Translations under genes and position numbers: made by a program | Part shown: in pieces, positions 1-7,756 of the stretch | Numbering within the stretch: the stretch's first letter is position 1 | Layout: every line of letters starts with the position of its first letter | Source: an uncultured virus (IMG/VR IMGVR_UViG_3300037452_000097) | Lineage: Duplodnaviria; Heunggongvirae; Uroviricota; Caudoviricetes | Length of the DNA: 20,000 nt | Reading direction: 5' to 3' (one strand) | Virus record (IMG/VR): IMGVR_UViG_3300037452_000097 | The notes under the pieces: generated by a model | Databases searched by the model: none | The model's input: the letters and a program-made list of their open reading frames with translations, nothing else | Told to the model about the DNA's origin: nothing

Positions 1-7
1 GTCAAAG

Positions 8-71
8 CGCGGCTTGATCGCGAGCCGTTCGATTATCGCCGCGGCTTGATCGCGAGCCGTTCGATTATCGC
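8..71. repeat. Perfect 2 x 32-bp tandem direct repeat
   Basis: CGCGGCTTGATCGCGAGCCGTTCGATTATCGC occurs at 8-39 and 40-71. Each unit has an internal inverted repeat (CGGCT...AGCCG). The sub-motif ATCGCGAGC occurs a third time at 67-75. Confidence 0.95.
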
Positions 72-101
72 GAGCTCCTGAAATAATTCTACAAACTGAA
101 A

Positions 102-110
102 TGGTATAAT
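102..110 (+). promoter_or_regulatory. Possible extended -10 promoter element (TGnTATAAT)
   Basis: TGGTATAAT lies in an AT-rich stretch (81-113). It is only 3 nt before the GTG at 114, too close for a normal transcription start upstream of that codon. Confidence 0.35.
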
Positions 111-113
111 TTA

Positions 114-524
114 GTGGTTGCTCATAAGGGCCATCCAAAGGCGGGCGGCCGTGCAAAAGGAACGCAAAACAAAGCAACGCTTGAGATAAAAGAGCTTGCG
201 CGCGTGCACGGCCCGGCCGGTATTACCAGGCTTGCTGAGATAGCATTTAATGATGCGCCGCTTGAAGCAGTTGCTGTTAGAGGACTGCAAAAGTTAGTCG
301 CTGATGGCGCGTCAACGGCGGACGTTGTAAAATTCGTTCGTGGGGCGTTTCAAATCCGAAGTGATCAAACATGCGTTGCTGCAATCAAAGAACTATTTGA
401 CCGCGGCTACGGCAAGGCGATTCAGCCAATCGCCGGCAGTGCGGACGGCGATCCGATACGAAACGAAACAAAAACAACCCTCATTTATTCCGGCGTTCTC
501 GCTAAGTTCGACGAGAAAGTATGA
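114..524 (+). CDS. terS: Probable terminase small subunit
   Basis: 136 aa. The N-terminal GGRAKGTQNK and C-terminal AAIKELFDRGYGK motifs are typical of small phage packaging proteins found upstream of terL. It is the first gene of the late cluster. An in-frame TAA at 84-86 limits upstream extension. Confidence 0.7.
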   Translation: MVAHKGHPKAGGRAKGTQNKATLEIKELARVHGPAGITRLAEIAFNDAPLEAVAVRGLQKLVADGASTADVVKFVRGAFQIRSDQTCVAAIKELFDRGYGKAIQPIAGSADGDPIRNETKTTLIYSGVLAKFDEKV

Positions 525-547
525 GCTTACCTCCATGAAATATCCGT

Positions 548-3500
548 ATGAACCGCTATAATCGGACCGTATGGTTTGCCGTAATTATATTAATAATTAC
601 TATATGCGCGCGCCCGTCCTATGCCGGCAATGCGCCGTCTTATACACCCGCCACGACGCCCTACACCGGTACGGAACTCTGGTATTGCGATCAGGCGGCA
701 ACGGACAAAAGCTGCTCCGTTACTAATATTGCAACCTTTGCCTATTTGCATCTGTCGGGAGATTGCACGGCTACATTAGGCGGCGCGATCACATGCCTCA
801 AGTCGAACGGAATTGCTTTTGGCGCGCTCGCCTCTAAGACGCAGGCGAGCCTTACCGCGGATGTGAGCGGGCTTCTACCGATTGCTAATGGGGGCACCGG
901 CACAGCGTCGCCAGGTATTATCGCCGGAACGAACATCACCGTAACCGGCGCATGGCCGAATCAGACGGTGAATGGGGCATCCGGGGGTGGTGTAACAAGT
1001 GCCGCCGCGACGTTTACCGGCGGTCTGATTTCCGTCGCCGGATCACCGATTACAACGAGCGGAACATTCGCACTTACCGTTGCAGGTACATCAGGCGGCA
1101 TCCCGTACTTTTCCAGCTCAACAGGTTGGGCATCAAGTGCCGCACTAACGGCTAACGCCATCGTTGTCGGAGGCGGCGCGGGAGCCGCCCCGGCACCTTT
1201 AGGCTCGCTCGGGACGACGACCACAGTCCTGCACGGCAATGTCGCCGGCGCGCCGACATTTGGTGCAGTGGCGCTCGCCACGGATGTATCCGGCATTCTT
1301 CCACTTGCAAACGGGGGAACCGGCCAGACTAGCGCCGCTGCGGCGTTCAATGCGCTGTCCCCGATGACGACAATCGGAGACACGATCTATGGCGGCGCGG
1401 CGGGAGTCGGAACTCGGCTCGCAAATGGAACTAGCGGGCAGTTCCTCGGGGCGAATACGGGCGCGGCTCCGTCATGGCAGAGCCCGCCTGGCGGCACGGT
1501 CACTAGCGCTGCGGAAACTTTCACCGGCGGGATAATCTCGGTTGCAGGCTCACCGATCACGACCAGCGGCACATTTGCCCTGACCGTTGCAGGAACGTCC
1601 GGAGGAATACCCTATTTCTCAAGCGCGACAGGATGGGCGTCGAGCGCGGTGTTGACCGCGAACCTTCCCGTCATAGGAGGCGGCGCGGGAGCTGCGCCGA
1701 GTGTGGGCACGGTCACCGGTAACACGACAAAGTTTGCTACGTCGACAGGCGCGGTTGTAACCAACGATTGCGCGAAATGGGATGCGAACGGAAACATCAT
1801 CGATGCTGGTGCGGCGTGCGGCGGTAGCGGCGGCGCTCTAATATCCGGCACGCCCGCAGCCCCAAATCAGGCGCAATGGACCGACGCCACGCACGTCAAG
1901 GGCGTTTCCCAAGGCATGTTCAACGTGCGCACGATGTACGGCGCGATCCCGGACGGCAGCACGGACAACTCCACAACGATTGCGGCGGCCTTCACGGCCT
2001 CAAACGGCTTTGCGACCAACAATATTCCAACGGTTTATTTCGATTGCGATACGGGTTCCACGACTTGCACGTACAACTACGGCGGGAGCGGTATTAGCCC
2101 GCTCAATCCGACGAAGCCGACGACCATTATGTGCGCGCCTGGGGTGACGCTGAATTACACAGGCACTGCGCATGCGGTAGATCTTGGGCCTACGGGTTTG
2201 ACGCTAGCTACTTATCATACGAGCCGCTACACGGTCCAAGGATGCCGGTTCACCGGCGGGGCGAGTTACACTGCCGGCATCTATGTCAATAATTACATCA
2301 TCAACACCGCTATTCTCTACAACGAGTTTTGGAATTTTGGGGTATCATATGTCGGGGGTGCCGCGAGCACGGCTGCCACGATTACCTATGATCGCAACGT
2401 ATGGGAGCCTCTTGTCGATGGGAATTTTTGGCGAGACAGCGATGGCGTTACCCGCAACATGGTGGACTCGCATCTCGCTATTAACGGCCATTTCATGTTC
2501 TCACACAACGCCAATGAGTGCGCGACATCCGGCGGGGTGGCGTGCTCTATTTCCACTTACGGCTATGGCGTATGGATGTTTAGCGGCTGGATTGTTAATA
2601 GCGAGATCCAGTTTCATTACCCTGATATCCGGCTTGGGTCATGCGGAGGAGGCGGCGCGTGCGGCGGCGGGGAGGGAAAGTGGGTCATTAACAATGGGCT
2701 TGAGGGTAACCCTTCCGGCCCGACGCCACAGATAACCTATGGTGATCCTGGAACGGTTGGCGCAACTATTCCAGGAGTTGTGATTAGAAATAATAATATT
2801 TTTAGCACTGCTGCCAGTGGCGTGCCGAACATTGGTCCTGAAACAGCCTCAAGTAGCAATTTCGATATCTCCGGCGCTACGATCGAGAACAATCAGTTCA
2901 CCTCTGCCCCGACAGGCGGCGCCCCATATGTCAAAACAGGTCCCGGTGTAAACGTATACGTAGCGAACAATTTCGGGGTTGGAGTTCCGCTCTCTCAGGC
3001 TTCATCTCCTCCGATTATTGATGCTGGGTTTGCGACGCAAAAAGCACGGTTTGGCCTCCGGTCTTATCAGAACGGGTCGCCGACGATGGCGAACGCCGTC
3101 GCCGTGTTTGACTCTAATGGCGTGGATCTTCAGCAAGGCAATTATCACAATCTTGCATCCCCAAGAATCTGCTCGGACGGTACGGGATCAGGGACGGCGC
3201 AAGTCTGCAATACGGCGCCGGCCTCAGATGTCAGCGGGGCGAATATTACTCTCGTCGCCGGCGACGAAATAATCTACAAGACCACCACGGCCAACACGGG
3301 GGATCTTACGATCTTGGTCGACAGCGGATCGGCTGTCCATGTCCGCAAGTTCGGGGGCATGTGCGTCTTGGCGGCGGATGACGTTTTGCCGAACGTCTAC
3401 TATCCGCTGACCTACGACGGAACGTATCTCGAAATCTCGGCCCCGAATCTCAAGCCGTGCGGATACACTGTCGCGGCGCTACCCGCGACGGCGGCGCTCG

Positions 3501-3631
3501 GCGCGGTGATTGGCAATCACGCCTATGTCACAGACGCCGCGGTCTGCACATTCCAGGGCGCGCTGACCGGGGGAGGCTCGACCTACTGCCCGGTTAGTTA
3601 CAGCGGGGCGGCGTGGCTCGGCGGAGGCTAA
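548..3631 (+). CDS. Large fibre/spike-like protein with N-terminal signal peptide, Gly/Thr/Ala-rich repeats and a pectate-lyase-like beta-helix domain
   Basis: 1027 aa. Signal-like N-terminus MNRYNR-TVWFAVIILIITICA-RPSYA. Two fibre-type LP(I/L)ANGGTG motifs. FNVRTMYGAIPDGSTDNSTTIAAAF resembles the Pectate_lyase_3/tailspike entry motif and is followed by Asn-rich rungs (IRNNNI, IENNQF, VANNF). Fibre-type ANTGDLTI...YDGT and YTVAALP...YVTDA...W segments lie near the C-terminus. Confidence 0.8.
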   Translation: MNRYNRTVWFAVIILIITICARPSYAGNAPSYTPATTPYTGTELWYCDQAATDKSCSVTNIATFAYLHLSGDCTATLGGAITCLKSNGIAFGALASKTQASLTADVSGLLPIANGGTGTASPGIIAGTNITVTGAWPNQTVNGASGGGVTSAAATFTGGLISVAGSPITTSGTFALTVAGTSGGIPYFSSSTGWASSAALTANAIVVGGGAGAAPAPLGSLGTTTTVLHGNVAGAPTFGAVALATDVSGILPLANGGTGQTSAAAAFNALSPMTTIGDTIYGGAAGVGTRLANGTSGQFLGANTGAAPSWQSPPGGTVTSAAETFTGGIISVAGSPITTSGTFALTVAGTSGGIPYFSSATGWASSAVLTANLPVIGGGAGAAPSVGTVTGNTTKFATSTGAVVTNDCAKWDANGNIIDAGAACGGSGGALISGTPAAPNQAQWTDATHVKGVSQGMFNVRTMYGAIPDGSTDNSTTIAAAFTASNGFATNNIPTVYFDCDTGSTTCTYNYGGSGISPLNPTKPTTIMCAPGVTLNYTGTAHAVDLGPTGLTLATYHTSRYTVQGCRFTGGASYTAGIYVNNYIINTAILYNEFWNFGVSYVGGAASTAATITYDRNVWEPLVDGNFWRDSDGVTRNMVDSHLAINGHFMFSHNANECATSGGVACSISTYGYGVWMFSGWIVNSEIQFHYPDIRLGSCGGGGACGGGEGKWVINNGLEGNPSGPTPQITYGDPGTVGATIPGVVIRNNNIFSTAASGVPNIGPETASSSNFDISGATIENNQFTSAPTGGAPYVKTGPGVNVYVANNFGVGVPLSQASSPPIIDAGFATQKARFGLRSYQNGSPTMANAVAVFDSNGVDLQQGNYHNLASPRICSDGTGSGTAQVCNTAPASDVSGANITLVAGDEIIYKTTTANTGDLTILVDSGSAVHVRKFGGMCVLAADDVLPNVYYPLTYDGTYLEISAPNLKPCGYTVAALPATAALGAVIGNHAYVTDAAVCTFQGALTGGGSTYCPVSYSGAAWLGGG
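992..1699 (+). repeat. Intragenic duplication of a 67-aa module (992-1192 and 1499-1699)
   Basis: VTSAA(A/E)TFTGG(L/I)ISVAGSPITTSGTFALTVAGTSGGIPYFSS(S/A)TGWASSA(A/V)LTAN...GGGAGAAP; 60 of 67 residues identical by hand count. Confidence 0.95.
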
Positions 3632-3637
3632 AAGCCA

Positions 3638-5512
3638 ATGCCGCTTAGCGCAAATACGGCGGTTGGGTCTATCTCGGCCTCATCTAATCAACTAATTCTT
3701 GTGGCGGACGGGGGTTTCCAGGTTGGGGACTCCATCATCGTCGAGATCGGCGGCGAAACAGGGGCCGGCCTTCGCGGCACGGTAGGCGTAGGTGGTACAT
3801 GGCCGGCGCTGTCCTATGCCAATACGGCCGCCATGAATGCCGACACGGGCCAGGTTGCCGCAACATACGCATGGACGCAAGACAGCGGCGGCGACGTTTG
3901 GCTCTGGTCCCCGTCATGGGCGCCTAACACATGGACGGCCCCCGATCCGAACCTCTACTATACGAACAAGGTAAGCCCGAGGGCTCTGCTAGCTACAATC
4001 TCCGCAATGAGCGGGGATCGACGCACATTGACCTTGAGCCGCTCGGCGGTAGCCGCGAGCACGAATGCAAATGTTTATTTTGACAACGCCGCGGCTTTTG
4101 CGAGCCTCTTTGCTAATTCCGCCTCTAACGTAACGGTGCCGATTCCTGCGGGAGTGTTCGCCACTTCCGCTAGGCTATTGGTATCTCAAAAGACGGGATG
4201 GACTGTGGCAGGGGCCGGCGAGAGCCTGACCACAATTCTCAGTCCGAAAGGCACCCAGGGCGCGAATCTGGATTTCTTTCAATGCACGGGGTGCATTGTC
4301 CGCGATCTACATCTCCAAGGTAATGCGCGCTTCAATGGCTATGGAATCGCGACCGTTAGCGGAAATGACCTGGGCGCCGGAATTGGAGGTTATGCACCGG
4401 GAGTGATATTCGATCTCAGTACCGGCTGTAGCGCACAGGACCTAACAATAACCGACGTTTTCCTTAAGGCGGTAGGCACATCATTTTCAACTGACTGCAA
4501 CGCCTATAGATGTGATTGCGTACTAACAGACGGCCTCCAGACTTACGTACAATGGATGTTTCAATGGGCGGACAGCACCGGAGGAGACGTCGTAGATTGC
4601 TCGGTAACAAGTCCGATTCTAACTGCCGGTTTTGAGACTTTCCGCTCAACGGGGGTATCGTTCATTCGCCCGGTTGGCGTGAATGCGACTTGCTCCGCGA
4701 ATAGTTCCGGGAACTTTCTTTTTGACAGCGCCCTAATCACAATTAGGAGCATGAGCCAATATTCCTCGCTATCGTTTTCTGAGCATAATCCTATCATCAA
4801 CGTAAACTCAAATATCCAACCTCCAAGCGCCACCACCGTACTGGGAGGGACAATTTTAAATCCAACGATTATTCAAGAAGGTTATATTAACGCAAATAAC
4901 GATAGTTTGCTTGCTATTGTTATAAATTCAAACAATCCGAATATTACTATAGAGGCAATTCCTCCGTGGACGGCGAGGACTGCGGATTTTCCGCATAGTT
5001 CGGGTTACATCGAAGCCCCAGACTATAGAGCACCAAGTCTTCTTCGCGGCGCCGAGGCCGTCAATTCGACCGGGCGTAATACGGTAATAAATGGTCTTCG
5101 CGCTGTAGGGGCCGGTGTCCCGGGATGGGGCAACCTCAAGATTGCAGCCGACGATGGTTCCGGGAGCATCGTCAACTGCGTTGCGGATTCCGTTATTCCT
5201 GGCGTGCGGGAATTTGGAAACGTCACAAATGCGTGGTTCCTCGCCCGAATTCAGGGCGGGGGCCAAACGCCGATCCAGAGCGATCTCACAGATCTCGCAG
5301 GCGCCGCGCTTACCGACCTCGGCGGCGCTACGGTTATCGATTTGTCAACCGCGCTACCTCTCAATCCTCTCACGGATCTAGCAGGCGCTGTACTTACGGA
5401 TCTGAGTGGCGCCACGCTTACCGATTTATCAACACGCCCGCTTCTTATCGATCCTGCATATATCGTGCAATATCCCGCGCCCGTAAGAATGGTGCAATAT
5501 CCGACGCATTAA
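3638..5512 (+). CDS. Second beta-helix (pectin-lyase-like) spike/fibre protein with a repetitive C-terminal tail
   Basis: 624 aa. VTVPIPAGVF...WTVAGAGESLTTI and CTGCIVRDLHLQGN resemble right-handed beta-helix proteins. GGAGG lies at 3623-3627. No signal peptide. C-terminal LTDLxG and VQYP repeats. Confidence 0.75.
   Translation: MPLSANTAVGSISASSNQLILVADGGFQVGDSIIVEIGGETGAGLRGTVGVGGTWPALSYANTAAMNADTGQVAATYAWTQDSGGDVWLWSPSWAPNTWTAPDPNLYYTNKVSPRALLATISAMSGDRRTLTLSRSAVAASTNANVYFDNAAAFASLFANSASNVTVPIPAGVFATSARLLVSQKTGWTVAGAGESLTTILSPKGTQGANLDFFQCTGCIVRDLHLQGNARFNGYGIATVSGNDLGAGIGGYAPGVIFDLSTGCSAQDLTITDVFLKAVGTSFSTDCNAYRCDCVLTDGLQTYVQWMFQWADSTGGDVVDCSVTSPILTAGFETFRSTGVSFIRPVGVNATCSANSSGNFLFDSALITIRSMSQYSSLSFSEHNPIINVNSNIQPPSATTVLGGTILNPTIIQEGYINANNDSLLAIVINSNNPNITIEAIPPWTARTADFPHSSGYIEAPDYRAPSLLRGAEAVNSTGRNTVINGLRAVGAGVPGWGNLKIAADDGSGSIVNCVADSVIPGVREFGNVTNAWFLARIQGGGQTPIQSDLTDLAGAALTDLGGATVIDLSTALPLNPLTDLAGAVLTDLSGATLTDLSTRPLLIDPAYIVQYPAPVRMVQYPTH
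5285..5434 (+). repeat. Two 22-aa repeats built from LTDLxG units
   Basis: LTDLAGAALTDLGGATVIDLST (5285-5350) and LTDLAGAVLTDLSGATLTDLST (5369-5434). Confidence 0.9.
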
Positions 5513-5531
5513 AAAATGGATTTAGGCGAAA

Positions 5532-5846
5532 ATGCCCAGAGCAATGCGGGACTTTTCGCCGATCTATACGACCGAGCAAGTGGTGCTATCGTTCGATTTC
5601 TCGCTCGCGTTGGCAACCGGAGAAACACTATCGTCGCCGGTTGTATCGATTGTCGTAGTGTCCGGAATTGACACAACTCCGGTATCGCGGCTCATAGGCT
5701 CGCCGTCTATTAGCGGCTCTGTCGTAATGCAAATGATCGGAACGACTCAAGCCGGTGCGATATATGACGTTATCGCGACGGTAGGGACAAATGCAGGCCA
5801 GACGCTAACAACGAACGCGCATTTGGCCAGCCTTAATGTTGGATGA
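5532..5846 (+). CDS. Small beta-rich virion protein, resembling phage fibre adaptor proteins
   Basis: 104 aa. EQVVLSFDFSLALATGETLSS and GAIYDVIATVGTNAGQT recall small beta-sandwich fibre-adaptor proteins (from memory). Its stop overlaps the terL start (ATGA). Confidence 0.6.
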   Translation: MPRAMRDFSPIYTTEQVVLSFDFSLALATGETLSSPVVSIVVVSGIDTTPVSRLIGSPSISGSVVMQMIGTTQAGAIYDVIATVGTNAGQTLTTNAHLASLNVG

Positions 5847-7162
5847 CCATTTCGTTTTCTGAAAAACAAATCGCGGCGATGGAGGCGCTGGCGAGCGACG
5901 CGCGGTTTGTGTGTCTGTTTGGTGGCGCGCGGTCCGGAAAAACATTTCTGATCGTTCGCGCGATTATCATGCGGGCGCTCAAGGCTCCCGGGTCCCGTCA
6001 TTTAATTGCGCGATTCCGGCAAAACGCGGTATGGACATCAATTGTCGGCGATGCAAACGCAACGCTATTTGTAGTTGCTGATGAGTGTTTTAACGGGCTT
6101 AAATTTGCATCGCACCGGAAGGATGGATATTTCGAGCTTGAGAATGGCTCAACTATATGGTTGGGAGGGCTTGATGAAAAAGAGCGTATCGACAAAATCC
6201 TTGGCCGCGAGTATAGCAGTGTGTATCTCAATGAGGCTTCTGAGATACCATATTCAAGCGTGCTGGTTGCTCTCACTCGTCTTGCTGAAGTGCGAGTCGA
6301 AATTAAGCAGCGTGCCTATATCGACCTCAACCCGATTGGGAAATCTCATTGGACAAACCGCATGTTCAATGAGAAGTGCGATCCGCTCACGCGCCAACCG
6401 TATAATGTCCCTCGCCGATATGTTAGTGCCCGACTAAACCCGATTGACAATATCCATAATCTCTCGGCCGAGTTTATGGCCTATCTCGAAACGCTTCCGG
6501 AAAAGCAGCGCAAGCGGTTTTTAGAAGGGGATTATGCCGACGAAATCGAAGGCGCTCTGTGGACGTATGAGACAATCGACAGGTGCCGCCTAGATTCGGA
6601 TGTTGAGCTTCCCGACATGCAACGAGTCATTATTGGGGTTGACCCGTCCGGCGCGGCTGGTCCGGAGGACGAGAGAAGCGACGAAATCGGCATTATCGCG
6701 GCTGGGTTAGGAACGGATGGAAGGGGATACGTTCTAGCCGATTATTCCGGGCGGTTTGCGCCGGAAGCATGGGCGCAGCGTGTACTCTATGCCTGGGATA
6801 AACACCAGGCGGATTTGGTTGTCGCGGAAAAGAATTTCGGCGGCGCAATGGTCGAATCCGTAATTCAATCGCAGGCCAATGCTAGAAATATGCTTGGCGT
6901 CAAGATTGAGTTGACCGTCGCAAGCCGAGGCAAAGCGGTGCGCGCCGAGCCGATATCCGCGCTTTACGCGGCCGATCGCGTGCGGCATGTCGGAAGATTT
7001 AACGACCTAGAGGAACAAATGCTGGCATTCTCCCCGGCCGGATATCTAGGAAGCAGATCGCCGGACCGGGCAGATGCGATGATTTGGGCGCTTAGCAATA
7101 TCCTCGTGGAGGATCAGGATTTCTCCGGCATGTGGGCAAGGTTTGGCGCGGCGCTGAATTAG
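5843..7162 (+). CDS. terL: Terminase large subunit
   Basis: 439 aa. Walker A GGARSGKT, Walker B VYLNEASE, coupling motif DLNP, and RNase H-like nuclease motifs IIGVDPS and SPDRADA. Confidence 0.96.
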   Translation: MTISFSEKQIAAMEALASDARFVCLFGGARSGKTFLIVRAIIMRALKAPGSRHLIARFRQNAVWTSIVGDANATLFVVADECFNGLKFASHRKDGYFELENGSTIWLGGLDEKERIDKILGREYSSVYLNEASEIPYSSVLVALTRLAEVRVEIKQRAYIDLNPIGKSHWTNRMFNEKCDPLTRQPYNVPRRYVSARLNPIDNIHNLSAEFMAYLETLPEKQRKRFLEGDYADEIEGALWTYETIDRCRLDSDVELPDMQRVIIGVDPSGAAGPEDERSDEIGIIAAGLGTDGRGYVLADYSGRFAPEAWAQRVLYAWDKHQADLVVAEKNFGGAMVESVIQSQANARNMLGVKIELTVASRGKAVRAEPISALYAADRVRHVGRFNDLEEQMLAFSPAGYLGSRSPDRADAMIWALSNILVEDQDFSGMWARFGAALN

Positions 7163-7683
7163 GCGTTCGCGCTAGCATGGGCATCGTCGGAATTGCCGCT
7201 TGCCGCTTGCGCCGTCAGAAGCCAGCGCTTTTCGTCGTCCTGTATGGCTAGGCCAGCCTTCTTGAGCCCCATGAGCGTGCCGCGAACGGAATTTTCGCCA
7301 AACCCGGTTTCGGCGATAATTTCGGCAATCGTCAGTGCCGCGGAGCCCGCAAGCAGGTCCGTAAGACGCTTCTTGACGCCTTTGGTGCGCGGTCCCGCGT
7401 CCTTGCGGACTTTCTTAGCGGCAACTGGAGCCTTTGGCGCCCATCCGGCGCCAGCGGCCTTTGCAGCGGCCTTCCGCGCGCGCTTGCGGGCGCCGTTGCC
7501 GGCCATTTCTGCGTGAGCGGCCTTGGCAATGCGCGCACGGCGGGGATCGTCGTCAGGAAGCATAAGCTCGGCGATTTGAGTTGCTGTTTGGGTGCCACTA
7601 AGCCTAGCCAACTCGGCTATATCGCGCCGCATGGAAGCGCGGCCCGCCTCGAAGATTTCAATATCGCGCATATTCGTAGTCAC
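7159..7683 (-). CDS. Antisense moron-like gene: Lys/Ala-rich linker plus C-terminal winged helix-turn-helix
   Basis: 174 aa. AAGGAG lies 6 nt before the GTG start. LTIAEIIAETGFGENSVRGTLMGLKKAGLAIQDDEKRWLL fits a wHTH. It fills the terL-portal gap and its stop overlaps the terL stop. Confidence 0.8.
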   Translation of the reverse strand: MTTNMRDIEIFEAGRASMRRDIAELARLSGTQTATQIAELMLPDDDPRRARIAKAAHAEMAGNGARKRARKAAAKAAGAGWAPKAPVAAKKVRKDAGPRTKGVKKRLTDLLAGSAALTIAEIIAETGFGENSVRGTLMGLKKAGLAIQDDEKRWLLTAQAASGNSDDAHASANA

Positions 7684-7721
7684 AGTTAACTCCTTGTATC
7701 GGATGTTGGAATCGATTGGGC

Positions 7722-7750
7722 TAGATAATATGCAAAATCGAGATTGTCAA
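7722..7750 (-). promoter_or_regulatory. Putative sigma70 promoter for the antisense wHTH gene
   Basis: The minus strand reads TTGACA (7750-7745), 17 nt, TATCTA (7727-7722), about 40 nt upstream of the GTG at 7683. Confidence 0.55.
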
Positions 7751-7756
7751 TAGATA

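Noticed and set aside
8..75. CRISPR array from the 32-bp palindromic repeats
   Set aside because: The copies are directly adjacent with no spacers, there are only two, and no cas genes are in the window.
992..1699. Diversity-generating retroelement TR/VR pair
   Set aside because: Differences are mostly synonymous third positions involving all four bases rather than adenine-specific. Both copies are in one ORF and no reverse transcriptase is present.
548..3631. Autotransporter or lipoprotein adhesin of host origin
   Set aside because: No recognisable C-terminal beta-barrel (it ends WLGGG), and Cys20 is not in a lipobox (IITIC). The internal motifs and context are phage-like.
7193..7516. + strand 107-aa ORF in the terL-portal gap
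   Set aside because: It is the shadow of the minus-strand gene, which has the RBS, promoter candidate and recognisable wHTH.
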